Shown: piece after piece, positions 19,746 through 28,837 of the stretch
Layout of the letters: each line of letters begins with the position of its first letter
Position numbering within the stretch: the first letter of the stretch is position 1
DNA from: a virus
Taxonomy: Duplodnaviria > Caudoviricetes
Length of the DNA: 64,000 nt
Strand: one strand, 5' to 3'
IMG/VR virus record: IMGVR_UViG_3300028591_000075
Location: 64,001 to 128,000 of that record
Notes under the pieces: generated by a model
What the model saw: the letters and a program-made list of their open reading frames with translations, nothing else
The model's database searches: none
Told to the model about the DNA's origin: nothing
Program-made: the position numbers and the translations under genes

Positions 19746-19780
19746 TGTTGCTATATTTATGATATTGAAAATGGGTTTCC

Positions 19781-20179
19781 ATGATGACCGATGAGAGAAA
19801 AAATGCCCTGGCGATACTGACCGCGTTCGCGTATCCGGAGATACTTGCCGAGAAACTTGGGTACATCCCCAAGTTTACGTTCAAGAATCGGATCTTGAAG
19901 AAGGCAATCCGGGAAGTGAAGAAGAACGGTGATACATCCATGGTGGTTACGACAAAACGCACCCGCGATGGCAAGGGTGACGTGATTTATCTTGCCGTGT
20001 ACGATCACCCGGTCGGAACACCGCGTTGTGCGTTTACACCAGGCGTGGTTCTCTGTATGGGGTTGAAGGAAATTCCGTTCAAGAACATAATCGAGAGTAA
20101 CGACGCGATTGCGACTGCGAATGCGATTTACCATTATCACCAGGCGTTCAAACAGTATGATTGCAGTGCGGGGACATGA
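19781..20179 (+). CDS. Hypothetical protein
   Basis: 132-aa ORF after TTGCTATATT; stop overlaps the next start. Confidence 0.75.
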   Translation: MMTDERKNALAILTAFAYPEILAEKLGYIPKFTFKNRILKKAIREVKKNGDTSMVVTTKRTRDGKGDVIYLAVYDHPVGTPRCAFTPGVVLCMGLKEIPFKNIIESNDAIATANAIYHYHQAFKQYDCSAGT

Positions 20180-21591
20180 TGGCCGGCAAGAAAAAGAAAG
20201 AACCGACATTTGAACTCCCGCCCCTGAAATCATACCGGTCGGTAAACAACCGGTATCTGGTACTGGACTGGGCATCCATGTCCTACCACAAGATGTTCTC
20301 CATCAACACGGCAAAGAACCGAGAGAAGTACGGGTTCATGGGTGCCGAAGGCGAAATCAAGCTGTGGCGCACGTTCATGGTCGATGAACTGATGAAGCTC
20401 ATCGCCCTGTTCGATCCGATGCACATCATCATCGCCCTCGAAGGTCCGGGTTCATGGCGCAAGAAGTTCGTCAAGGACTACTACGCCGAGCACGCCACAA
20501 TCTATTACGTCAACGATCCCGACAACAAGGCCTACTTTGTCCGCGCCGACAACCTCGGGTACGAGGTGAGGAAGGCCCAGGACGGGAACTTCTGCGTTAC
20601 CCCCATTCCAATTGCCGACTTCCCGAAACTCAACGAATTGAAGCACAAGCAGTTGGGTGAGTTCAATGAAGACAGGCAGAAGATGTTCTGGGACATCTAT
20701 GCACCCAACGGGAAGGACCCCATCCTCCCGTCGTACAAGGGAACCCGTAACAGCAATGACTGGCCGTTCACCATCGACCGCAAGATTTGGCGAAAGTACA
20801 AGGAGCAGTTCGCACAGGAACTCGCGCCCATCTTCCGCGCCCGCGCAATCTCGTGCGAAGGTGCCGAAGGTGACGATGTGGTTTATGCGTCCGCGAAGAT
20901 GTTCTGCGGGAAGGCCGATGACGTAATCGTCGTGACCCACGACTCTGACTTGCTGCAGTTGAACTTCCCGAAGGTGAAGGTCTTCGACCACATCAGTTGC
21001 AACTTCATGACTGTGGACGATCCGGTCAAATACCTCGACATCAAGGTGCTCGCGGGTGATAGTTCCGATAACATCCACGGCATGTCGTTCATCAAGCCGA
21101 AGACGGGTAAACTGGATTTTACAGTAAAGAACAGGTTCGGCGAGGGAACCGCCGCGAAGTTCATCCAGGCGTTCCCGAACGTGTATGACGTGGCGAAGAA
21201 CAACGGGTGGGATGACCAGTACATGCGCAACCGCAAGCTGATTGACCTTTCCTGCACACCGCCGGAAGTCGTTACCCGCCTGAACGACATGCTTACAAAG
21301 CCGGAACCGGAACTTTGCGGCTTCGAACTCCTGGATTTCTGGGATGTCGAACCGTACTACAAGGACCTTATGCAGAGCATGCGCTCCTATGGCTACCGCT
21401 CCATGATACCGGTATCCATGGCCGAGAAGAAGGCGCCAGTCGCCCTGCCGGCGGTCCCGGTTTCGGGTTTCGATGACAAGAAGTTCATGCCGATACCGCC
21501 GGGCGGTCCACAGACTGTGGCCAAGCCCGCCATGCAGGGATTTACATTTGCTGACACCGCCGGAATCGACGATGTCGGGAACCTTTTATAA
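20176..21591 (+). CDS. rnh: T4 RNase H-like 5'-3' exonuclease/flap endonuclease
   Basis: VLDW, YKGTR, EGDD, THDSDLLQL, LAGDSSDNIHG motifs. Confidence 0.9.
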   Translation: MMAGKKKKEPTFELPPLKSYRSVNNRYLVLDWASMSYHKMFSINTAKNREKYGFMGAEGEIKLWRTFMVDELMKLIALFDPMHIIIALEGPGSWRKKFVKDYYAEHATIYYVNDPDNKAYFVRADNLGYEVRKAQDGNFCVTPIPIADFPKLNELKHKQLGEFNEDRQKMFWDIYAPNGKDPILPSYKGTRNSNDWPFTIDRKIWRKYKEQFAQELAPIFRARAISCEGAEGDDVVYASAKMFCGKADDVIVVTHDSDLLQLNFPKVKVFDHISCNFMTVDDPVKYLDIKVLAGDSSDNIHGMSFIKPKTGKLDFTVKNRFGEGTAAKFIQAFPNVYDVAKNNGWDDQYMRNRKLIDLSCTPPEVVTRLNDMLTKPEPELCGFELLDFWDVEPYYKDLMQSMRSYGYRSMIPVSMAEKKAPVALPAVPVSGFDDKKFMPIPPGGPQTVAKPAMQGFTFADTAGIDDVGNLL

Positions 21592-21601
21592 GGAGGACCT
21601 T

Positions 21602-22408
21602 ATGTCCAAGAAAATAGACAAGGAAATCAAGGCTGTCTTGAAGAAAAACTCCAAGAAGAAAACAGCGTCCGAATATGACAAGGACGGAAGCCCGAAGAAC
21701 TGGCCGAAGGTACTCAAAAGGGTGCCCATGAACCGTAACGTCCGTATCAAGGACTTGCCGAAGCAGCCGGTGTTCAAGGACGAGGGCGATAAGCAGCGAT
21801 TCCTCGACCAGTTGAAGGCCGCGACTACCGGTAAGGATTGGAGCAAGGAATTCAAGGATGCCGTCAAGGATGATGCCCTGCAGATCGAGTTCAGCGGATT
21901 TGGTAACGGGCAGGTTTCCGAATTGGAGGATGGTATCAGCAAGACCCTTACCCACGGGGAAAGCCAGAGAGTTGCCGCGGCCACAAACGAGCGCGTGCAG
22001 AAGGACAATCGAGAAAACCCGATTGACGGCCAGGTCATGGAATCCAACTTCATCCTCCCGCTTCCGGCCACCAAGCTCGAAGAGAACGACATCCCGGAAT
22101 ACGTCCTCATGGCCTTCATACAGCCCGGTGCCGATTTCAAGCTGGAAAGTACGGTTACCGTCGGCAAGGACGTGCGTATTGTCTATCAGCGTGATCCGGA
22201 GTATTTCGAGGCCATCATTACGATAGGCGCCCAGAGGACCCTGAACCGTCGCATTGAAATCAACAGCCTCGTCATTAAGGACGGTGCCACCTATGCCGTG
22301 GACGGCAAGTTCTGCGACCATCCCGTGTTTGATGATGAAATTGTGCTTAATCAGCCCCGTGTGCTCAAATTGTACGATTTCCTGTGTGGCAAGCTCGGTT
22401 TGAATTGA
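21602..22408 (+). CDS. Hypothetical protein
   Basis: AGGAGG SD before MSKKID. Confidence 0.8.
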   Translation: MSKKIDKEIKAVLKKNSKKKTASEYDKDGSPKNWPKVLKRVPMNRNVRIKDLPKQPVFKDEGDKQRFLDQLKAATTGKDWSKEFKDAVKDDALQIEFSGFGNGQVSELEDGISKTLTHGESQRVAAATNERVQKDNRENPIDGQVMESNFILPLPATKLEENDIPEYVLMAFIQPGADFKLESTVTVGKDVRIVYQRDPEYFEAIITIGAQRTLNRRIEINSLVIKDGATYAVDGKFCDHPVFDDEIVLNQPRVLKLYDFLCGKLGLN

Positions 22409-22421
22409 TCGGCTATGTTTC

Positions 22422-22489
22422 ACCAGTAAGCAATTACGGTTTTCTAAGATGAATATAGTTTAACCTCGTAAGCAATTACGAGGTTTTTT
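22422..22489 (+). promoter_or_regulatory. Twin GCAA-tetraloop hairpins flanking a TAGTTT promoter; second hairpin sequesters the SD
   Basis: acc(a)gtaa-GCAA-ttacggt+T tract and aacctcgtaa-GCAA-ttacgaggtt+T tract. Confidence 0.7.
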
Positions 22490-22491
22490 CT

Positions 22492-24099
22492 ATGATGAAC
22501 ATCCACTGTCTTGTACAGGTCAACGGTAACGAGCTCGATTTTGCCGAATGGCTCGATTACCATATCGCACTCGGTTTTGATGCGATTTTCGTGTTCAACA
22601 ACGGCAATCACAACTGGCTGAACGCCGTTTGCGAACGCCGCGCCGACAAGAACGTAGTGGTTGTGCCGGGGGACGAAGACTGGTCCCATCAGTCCACCAT
22701 CATCCAGAAGTTCGTCGCCCGCCGTAAGCAACCCTCCTGGGCAATTTGCCTTTCCGATGACGAGTTCATCTGGCTGGACCCGAAGTTCTATCGCAACATT
22801 AAGGACTTCGTGTTCGGTGAATGCGACCGTCGCGGCGCTACGGCATGTACCCTCTACACGAAACACATCTCCTCCAAGGAACCGATGAAGAGCCGCGTGG
22901 GCACGCAGATTGACTGCTTCACCCACATCCGCCGTGAACCGGAAGGTTACCTCCCGGCACTTGAAGTGTGCCCGAACACCGGTGCCACCTTCTTCAAGAT
23001 TACCAGTCCGGAAATGCCGCTTGCCAACAAGCTCGTACCGAAGAACCCCAGCCGCTGGGTCGATGCAAACGGTGGCCGTCTTCTTCCGGAAGAAATGGGC
23101 CGGTACATGCACTCCAACCAGTTCTACCCGATGCGCTTCCGCGCACGTATCTACCGTTTCTGCCCCAAGAGCGGGTTCGAGATGAGCTTTGCCGAAAATG
23201 CCGTCCCGAAGGGATTTGACATCAAGGACCTGTCCATGCAGGAAGCAAGAAGTCTCCTCATGCGCGTACCGGTGAACCCGGACACCGAGAACCTATTTGC
23301 CAAGGATATCATCCCGGAAGCACCTGCCGTGGTCGAAAACTCTAACGGCACCACGAGCGAAATTTCCAAGGAAGAACTCGCCGAACGTGAACTCCCCGTG
23401 TCCAAGGCCCGCGTCTGCAAGATGATTCTTGCCGGCAAGTATTTCGAGGACATCCGTGACGAGTTGCAGAAGCAGTACCAGGATATCGATGTCGAGGCCC
23501 TTGAACGTGTGTTCAACAAGGAACGCGAGGCTATCCTCCAGGCCGATACCTCCTACAAGTGGTTGCAGGAACTCCTTGACGAAGGCAAGACCGAGGAAGA
23601 AATCTGCAAGACTATGTTCATCAAGCACACCGCCTATACCCGCATGGTGAAGGCCCTGCCGGTTCTCGACATCCCGCGTGAAGGTGCCGAGGAAGAACCG
23701 GAAGCCGAAGCCGATCCAGGTCTCACGCTCGAAGTCGGTGAACCCGAAAGCGTCGAGGACCTTGCCTCCAAGTTCAACGAGAGTGTCGAAAGCCACAAGC
23801 TGACCGAACTTGAAAAGGAAGAAATCGACAACTTCGAAAAGGAACGCAGTGTCCGCAAGAGCGCCAAGCAGGGTGGCAAGGGCAAGAAAAAGAAGGACGA
23901 TGCTCCCAAGAAGCCGAAGGTCGTTGCCGTGGAAGCGGTCGATGCCGGTGCTGCGGAAGGCGATGTCGTAATCAAGGAATTCGTGCCGCCTACCGGAAAC
24001 GATGATTTCCAGTTGGAAGTCGAAAGCGACCTCATCGAAAATGCGTCTGCCGATTCCGTAATCAAGCATGCTACGGAAGGAGGTTCCGACAATGCGTAA
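22492..24099 (+). CDS. GT-A (GT2/GT92-like) glycosyltransferase-fold domain, degenerate, with acidic C-terminal region
   Basis: EWLDYHIALGFDAIFVFNNG and WAICLSDDEFI resemble EWxxYHxxxG..YDN / FxDxDEF. Confidence 0.7.
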   Translation: MMNIHCLVQVNGNELDFAEWLDYHIALGFDAIFVFNNGNHNWLNAVCERRADKNVVVVPGDEDWSHQSTIIQKFVARRKQPSWAICLSDDEFIWLDPKFYRNIKDFVFGECDRRGATACTLYTKHISSKEPMKSRVGTQIDCFTHIRREPEGYLPALEVCPNTGATFFKITSPEMPLANKLVPKNPSRWVDANGGRLLPEEMGRYMHSNQFYPMRFRARIYRFCPKSGFEMSFAENAVPKGFDIKDLSMQEARSLLMRVPVNPDTENLFAKDIIPEAPAVVENSNGTTSEISKEELAERELPVSKARVCKMILAGKYFEDIRDELQKQYQDIDVEALERVFNKEREAILQADTSYKWLQELLDEGKTEEEICKTMFIKHTAYTRMVKALPVLDIPREGAEEEPEAEADPGLTLEVGEPESVEDLASKFNESVESHKLTELEKEEIDNFEKERSVRKSAKQGGKGKKKKDDAPKKPKVVAVEAVDAGAAEGDVVIKEFVPPTGNDDFQLEVESDLIENASADSVIKHATEGGSDNA

Positions 24100-24232
24100 T
24101 GCCTTGAAGTTCTTCCTCATGCTGCCGGTCGTCATCGGCTCCATGTTCCTCGGGGCTATCCTGGTCGGCCTATCGGTCGCGGTGGATTCCCTCGAAATGA
24201 GCAAGGAGTCAAAGGAATTGCCTACCAAGTAG
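24092..24232 (+). CDS. Small (46-aa) membrane protein
   Basis: AGGAGG SD; MRNALKFFLMLPVVIGSMFLGAILVGLSVAVD hydrophobic helix; below the ORF-track cutoff. Confidence 0.6.
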   Translation: MRNALKFFLMLPVVIGSMFLGAILVGLSVAVDSLEMSKESKELPTK

Positions 24233-24269
24233 ATAAACTGTCGGTGTTGTTCCTCTTGGAGACACCGGC

Positions 24270-24740
24270 ATGACCCTTCTTGAATCTTTCTGCGCCAATA
24301 TCGAGGACGAACTCGGACATACCCCGCTGGTCGAGGCTGCCCAGATGGCGGCCTTTGTCTTGCTCAATGATGAACCAATCCAGCTTGAAGGGTTCGGCGA
24401 TTTCATGAAGAGCCTCGGTCGGAAGGCTGGAAAGGCTGCTGCCATCGGCGCCCTGGCGTTCAACGTCGCCAATGCGAATGCCGCCCCCGTGAAAAAGAAC
24501 CACGGGCCGAATCCGAACCTGGCCAGCCACAAGCAGAGCACCAAGGTCTGCAACACGATGGTTCGCAATCTCTGGAATAACCCCCAGTACCAGGAACTTG
24601 AAACCAAGTACCTGCAGGAGGAACTGGACAAGCAGCAGAAGCAGGTCGAGGCCGGCAAGAGGGCCAGGGTCAATGAACAGAGAGCCTACACCGATGCCCA
24701 GATGCGGGCCATGAACGAAATCGCCTGTTCGACCAACTAG
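24270..24740 (+). CDS. Hypothetical protein with E-S/G module
   Basis: GATAAACT at 24232; LLES..LVEAA..LEG. Confidence 0.8.
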   Translation: MTLLESFCANIEDELGHTPLVEAAQMAAFVLLNDEPIQLEGFGDFMKSLGRKAGKAAAIGALAFNVANANAAPVKKNHGPNPNLASHKQSTKVCNTMVRNLWNNPQYQELETKYLQEELDKQQKQVEAGKRARVNEQRAYTDAQMRAMNEIACSTN

Positions 24741-24761
24741 TTCCATTTGACACATTAAATT

Positions 24762-24798
24762 AAGCTCGGTTGCCACTACCGGGCTTTTTTGCTAAATT
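24762..24798 (+). promoter_or_regulatory. Terminator hairpin fused with promoter TTGCCA-17-TAAATT (leaderless gp46)
   Basis: aagctcggt-tgccact-accgggctt+T tract; -35 lies in the loop; ATG 6 nt after the -10. Confidence 0.65.
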
Positions 24799-24804
24799 TG
24801 GAAT

Positions 24805-27231
24805 ATGGCTAATTCTTCGAAGAATCATATTCATGTAAAGCGGATTACATTCCGTAACTTCATGTCCTACGGCAACAACGTGAACGAATTCACGTTCCCC
24901 GACGGCCTGAACTGGCTCTGTGCGGCCAACGGATGTGGCAAGTCCACTCTCGTAGAGGCACTTAATTTTGCATTTTTCGGCAAGTCCTACCGAGGCGGTA
25001 AGCGCGAGGAACTCCGGAACACGATGAACACCGAGGCGGTACTCGAAGTCACCGTCGAGTTCAGCCGTACCCAGGGTACCACTACCGAGGAATACTTCAT
25101 CAAGCGCACGGTCGATCCGAAGAACACGATGAAGTTCACCGTCGAGAAGAAGGAAGGCGACAAGTGGATTCCCCAGAACAAGCGTGCCGGGTTTACCCAG
25201 AAGGATTTCGAGGATGACATCCTCCGCTTCAATGAAGTCTTGTTCAAGAACAACATCGCGCAGAACACCCAGGAATCCTTGCCGTTCATTGACATGGAAG
25301 CCGCTGACCGCCGTAAGCTCACCGACTCCATCATCATGCTGGACAACGACCGCATCAAGAAGGAAAATGCGAAGGAACTGTCCACGGCGAAGACCAATTT
25401 CGAAATTGCCAAGAGCGACCGTGACCGCATCGAGAACGAAATCACCGAGCTCAAGAAAATCATCGCCCACATGGAAGACGAGAAGAAGGCCAACATCGCC
25501 CAGATGGAAGCGACCGTTGCCGAGAAGCGTACTCTCGTCGAACAGTACAAGGGCCAGTCCGGAGCACTTGCTACCGAACTTCAAGCATTGCAGAACCGTC
25601 TCACGGAATTGAAGTCCGTGCTCGATACCGAGCCGAGTATCGATGCGGCAATCGCGGGCATTCATAATGCGAAGTCACAGATAGTTCCGTTGCAGCAGTA
25701 CCGTGCCGAACTTGAAAAGGCGAATGTCGAATTGACTGCCGCGATGAATTCCTACAATGCGTTGCCCATCCAGGCGAAGAACGAGGAACTGGCCGGCATC
25801 GATAGCCAAATTAGGGAGCTGAATACCGCTGCCCAGGGTATCATGACTGAAATCAACGGGTTGAACTCCGAAAAGGGTAAAGCCGAAGGTTTCGTCCAAA
25901 AATGGGACTATGCAATCCAACAGGCTTCCACACAGTTGAAGCAACTTGCCGATGACGGCAAGAAGCGCAAGGCTGACCTTGACCATGTTGACGAGCAGAT
26001 CAACCTCGGTGCCATGATGCAAGCCGGTACCAAGTGTCCTACTTGCGGCCATACCCTTACCGAGGCCGACATCGAGGAACATAAGGGCGAAATCCGCCAG
26101 AAACTTATTGGCGATATCAATGCCGATGTCAATCGTCTTCGCGAAGCCTGGCTTCAATGTAAAGGAACAGTTACGGAACTTGAACACAGTCGTGCAGAGG
26201 CTGCAGCAGCCCTGGAAAAGGTCACTGGTGACTTGTCCGGCGCCAATGAGCGTTATTCCGCTATCGAGCAGCAGTTGGCTACCGCCAACACTAACCGGGG
26301 CACCGTATATAACGAGATCCAGGGCTACACATCCATCTACAATAGCACTGTCATTCCGGTGCAGGCCAAGGTCGAGCAACTGAAACGCAACATTTCCATG
26401 AGTGAACAGGTTATTGCCGGTACCGGCATAAATGTCGATGAATTTGTTGCCGAAGAAGCCCGCCTGACACAGGAAAAGGAGCGCATCGCAGGTGTCCGTA
26501 CTGACTGGCAGTCGGTGTATGATACCTACTCCACGAAGAACGGCGAGTATTCTTCTCTCAGCGGTTCCATTACCCAGGTGGAAGCAGAAATTTCCCGTAT
26601 CGAGGGTGAAATTGCCCGCATCAAGGCAGCTACCAGTGAAGATGCGTTGGCCATGACCAACAAGCGTCTCGCCGATGCCGAGCGTGACCTTGAACAGGCG
26701 ACTGAACGCTGGCATACCGCAAGCAAGACTATTGCCGCATGTAATTACATCACCGGTATGCTGTCGGATGGCGGCATGAAGAAGATGGTCTATGGATTGT
26801 ACATCGACCACTTCAACGAGGTCGTTCGCAAGAACCTGCTCAGGGCGAATCTCCCGTTCGTCATCGAGTTCGATGACACAATGAACTTCAAGTTCATCAG
26901 TGCCCCTGGATATGCGCCGTCCTATACCATGTTGTCCCAGGGTCAGCGCCGCAAGGTCGGCTTCGCAATCGCGATGGCCTTCCGTGACTTTGTGTCCCTG
27001 GTCGGCAATTTCAGTATCAACTTCATGTCCCTCGACGAAGTGCTCGACATTTCGACCGACAACTACGCCATGAGGGAAATGCTGGATATCGTGCGCTCCA
27101 TGGTTTCCGAAATCGGGTGCGTGGTCGTCATTACCCACCGTGGCGATGCCGTGGCCGACAAGTTCGACCACAAGATCGTGGTGGAATATGACGGAACTTA
27201 TTCCCATATGGGTGAAGTTACAGCCGTGTAA
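24805..27231 (+). CDS. gp46: Recombination ATPase gp46 (Rad50/SbcC-like)
   Basis: NFMSYGN, NGCGKST, coiled coil with CPTC zinc hook, LSQGQ signature, LDEVLD, ITH. Confidence 0.93.
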   Translation: MANSSKNHIHVKRITFRNFMSYGNNVNEFTFPDGLNWLCAANGCGKSTLVEALNFAFFGKSYRGGKREELRNTMNTEAVLEVTVEFSRTQGTTTEEYFIKRTVDPKNTMKFTVEKKEGDKWIPQNKRAGFTQKDFEDDILRFNEVLFKNNIAQNTQESLPFIDMEAADRRKLTDSIIMLDNDRIKKENAKELSTAKTNFEIAKSDRDRIENEITELKKIIAHMEDEKKANIAQMEATVAEKRTLVEQYKGQSGALATELQALQNRLTELKSVLDTEPSIDAAIAGIHNAKSQIVPLQQYRAELEKANVELTAAMNSYNALPIQAKNEELAGIDSQIRELNTAAQGIMTEINGLNSEKGKAEGFVQKWDYAIQQASTQLKQLADDGKKRKADLDHVDEQINLGAMMQAGTKCPTCGHTLTEADIEEHKGEIRQKLIGDINADVNRLREAWLQCKGTVTELEHSRAEAAAALEKVTGDLSGANERYSAIEQQLATANTNRGTVYNEIQGYTSIYNSTVIPVQAKVEQLKRNISMSEQVIAGTGINVDEFVAEEARLTQEKERIAGVRTDWQSVYDTYSTKNGEYSSLSGSITQVEAEISRIEGEIARIKAATSEDALAMTNKRLADAERDLEQATERWHTASKTIAACNYITGMLSDGGMKKMVYGLYIDHFNEVVRKNLLRANLPFVIEFDDTMNFKFISAPGYAPSYTMLSQGQRRKVGFAIAMAFRDFVSLVGNFSINFMSLDEVLDISTDNYAMREMLDIVRSMVSEIGCVVVITHRGDAVADKFDHKIVVEYDGTYSHMGEVTAV

Positions 27232-27263
27232 AAGCGGTTGGTTTGGGGCAAATGGCTGCCCGG

Positions 27264-27292
27264 TTGCCATCCGGTGGCCATTTTGCTATATT
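27264..27292 (+). promoter_or_regulatory. Promoter TTGCCA-17-TATATT, -35 inside a hairpin loop
   Basis: Recurring TTGCTATATT class. Confidence 0.65.
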
Positions 27293-27322
27293 CGAAGAAA
27301 CCAAAAAGAGGACTTAATTAAA

Positions 27323-28459
27323 ATGGTAAACCAAGAAATCAATCCGCTGGAAATGGCATCCCTCCACATCGTCTACAACAACATGAGCCCGTTGGACGAA
27401 AAGGATGGCCGTCGTGGCATCTTCCACCTCATCGAACACATGATTGGGGCGGTGTTGGATCCTATTCTCCCGGAACTGCACGAATATGCCATCCTGGATG
27501 ACCTGATGACTTCCCATGAACATGTGATTGCCACGTTCTCCGGTACTGCAGAAGCAATCGAGAAGTTTGCCCACAAGATTATCAACATGATCATCACGGC
27601 TTCTTCCAAGAACATCACGAAGGAAATGTTCGAAATGGAACGCGATGCCGTGTATAACGAAATTGCCGAACTCGGCTCCGACTTCAATGCGGTGATGCTG
27701 CGTGATGGGTTAAGAAAAGTTTACGGAATTCATTCCCCGGAAGGCGACATCGAGGATGTCGAGAAATACACCTTCGAGCAGTTCAAGAAGGACTACGACA
27801 AGTACGTCCCGCATCCGAGTTCCATCTGCTATGTCGGTCCTCGTGCACTCGACCTCCCTGACCTGGCCAAGAATCCGTATTCCGGCGCCAGTGTCGGCAA
27901 GTTCCCGAAGATGAAGCTGGTTGCCGATGCCAAGGCCAAGCGTTCCGATATCGCAATCGATAAAGAGGCCACCTATGTCGGTATTTCAGCACTCGGCACC
28001 AAGCCGGCCACTACGGACAAGGAATATGCCGCATTGAACATCGCCTGCCGCATGCTCGGTGGTGACGGGGAAAGTGCGCTGTTCCAGGAACTGCGTACCA
28101 ATCGCCACCTCGTGTATTCCTGCAACGTCAGTGTCGAACCGTTCCGCAAGGCTGTTATCCCGATCTTCATCACCAGTGCTTCCGCGGACAAGGCCCGCGA
28201 GGTGATTTCCTGTATGAAAGATATCCTGGCAAATGCCGACAAGTACCTGACCGAGGAAAAGTTCAACCGTTGCAAGAACATGCTCACCATGGTCTTGAAG
28301 CAGCAGAGCATTATGCGCTTCACAGCACCGGGCAATCTTACCCGCCTGGGCATGATCAACGATGAACTCGAAACACCGAATATCACGTACAAGTACATGA
28401 TGCGTGTGGTTCGCAAGTATTTCGGTAAGGGTTCCTTCCGTTTCTTCGCGGCTTCCTAG
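27323..28459 (+). CDS. M16 (insulinase-family) zinc peptidase
   Basis: GIFHLIEHM (HxxEH), ERDAVYNE, SALFQELR...LVYS; start MVNQE after GAGG. Confidence 0.85.
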   Translation: MVNQEINPLEMASLHIVYNNMSPLDEKDGRRGIFHLIEHMIGAVLDPILPELHEYAILDDLMTSHEHVIATFSGTAEAIEKFAHKIINMIITASSKNITKEMFEMERDAVYNEIAELGSDFNAVMLRDGLRKVYGIHSPEGDIEDVEKYTFEQFKKDYDKYVPHPSSICYVGPRALDLPDLAKNPYSGASVGKFPKMKLVADAKAKRSDIAIDKEATYVGISALGTKPATTDKEYAALNIACRMLGGDGESALFQELRTNRHLVYSCNVSVEPFRKAVIPIFITSASADKAREVISCMKDILANADKYLTEEKFNRCKNMLTMVLKQQSIMRFTAPGNLTRLGMINDELETPNITYKYMMRVVRKYFGKGSFRFFAAS

Positions 28460-28794
28460 CCCTGGGTCTCGTTGGCGGAAACTGCACCCGGCTTGTCGGT
28501 GCCACCGCCCATCATGCCGAGAGTGGTGCGGCCCGGCATGGTGAAACCGCCACCCTGGCCGAAACGTCCGAAGTACGAACGGTCAATGAGCGACTGGATG
28601 AACGGGTCCTTGGACCCGGTAGTCTGGTTCGGGATGATACCCTGGCTGCACTGGCCTATCATCGGGGTGTGCATGGTGGGGTTCACGTCGGTAGCGGAGG
28701 CTTCCATTACTGCATTCCAAAGTTTGGCCACGGTCTCGCAGAGAGCCGGGTCTTGGTCACGAAAATGGTCAATAAATGAAAGAAACCTGTCCAT
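28456..28794 (-). CDS. Small hypothetical protein with E-A module (leaderless)
   Basis: AATAAACT ends 7 nt before the ATG; DPALCETV..VMEA. Confidence 0.75.
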   Translation of the reverse strand: MDRFLSFIDHFRDQDPALCETVAKLWNAVMEASATDVNPTMHTPMIGQCSQGIIPNQTTGSKDPFIQSLIDRSYFGRFGQGGGFTMPGRTTLGMMGGGTDKPGAVSANETQG

Positions 28795-28837
28795 ATCGGA
28801 CAGTTTATTGCTATATTTGTTCTAAAGAGGAATTCTT

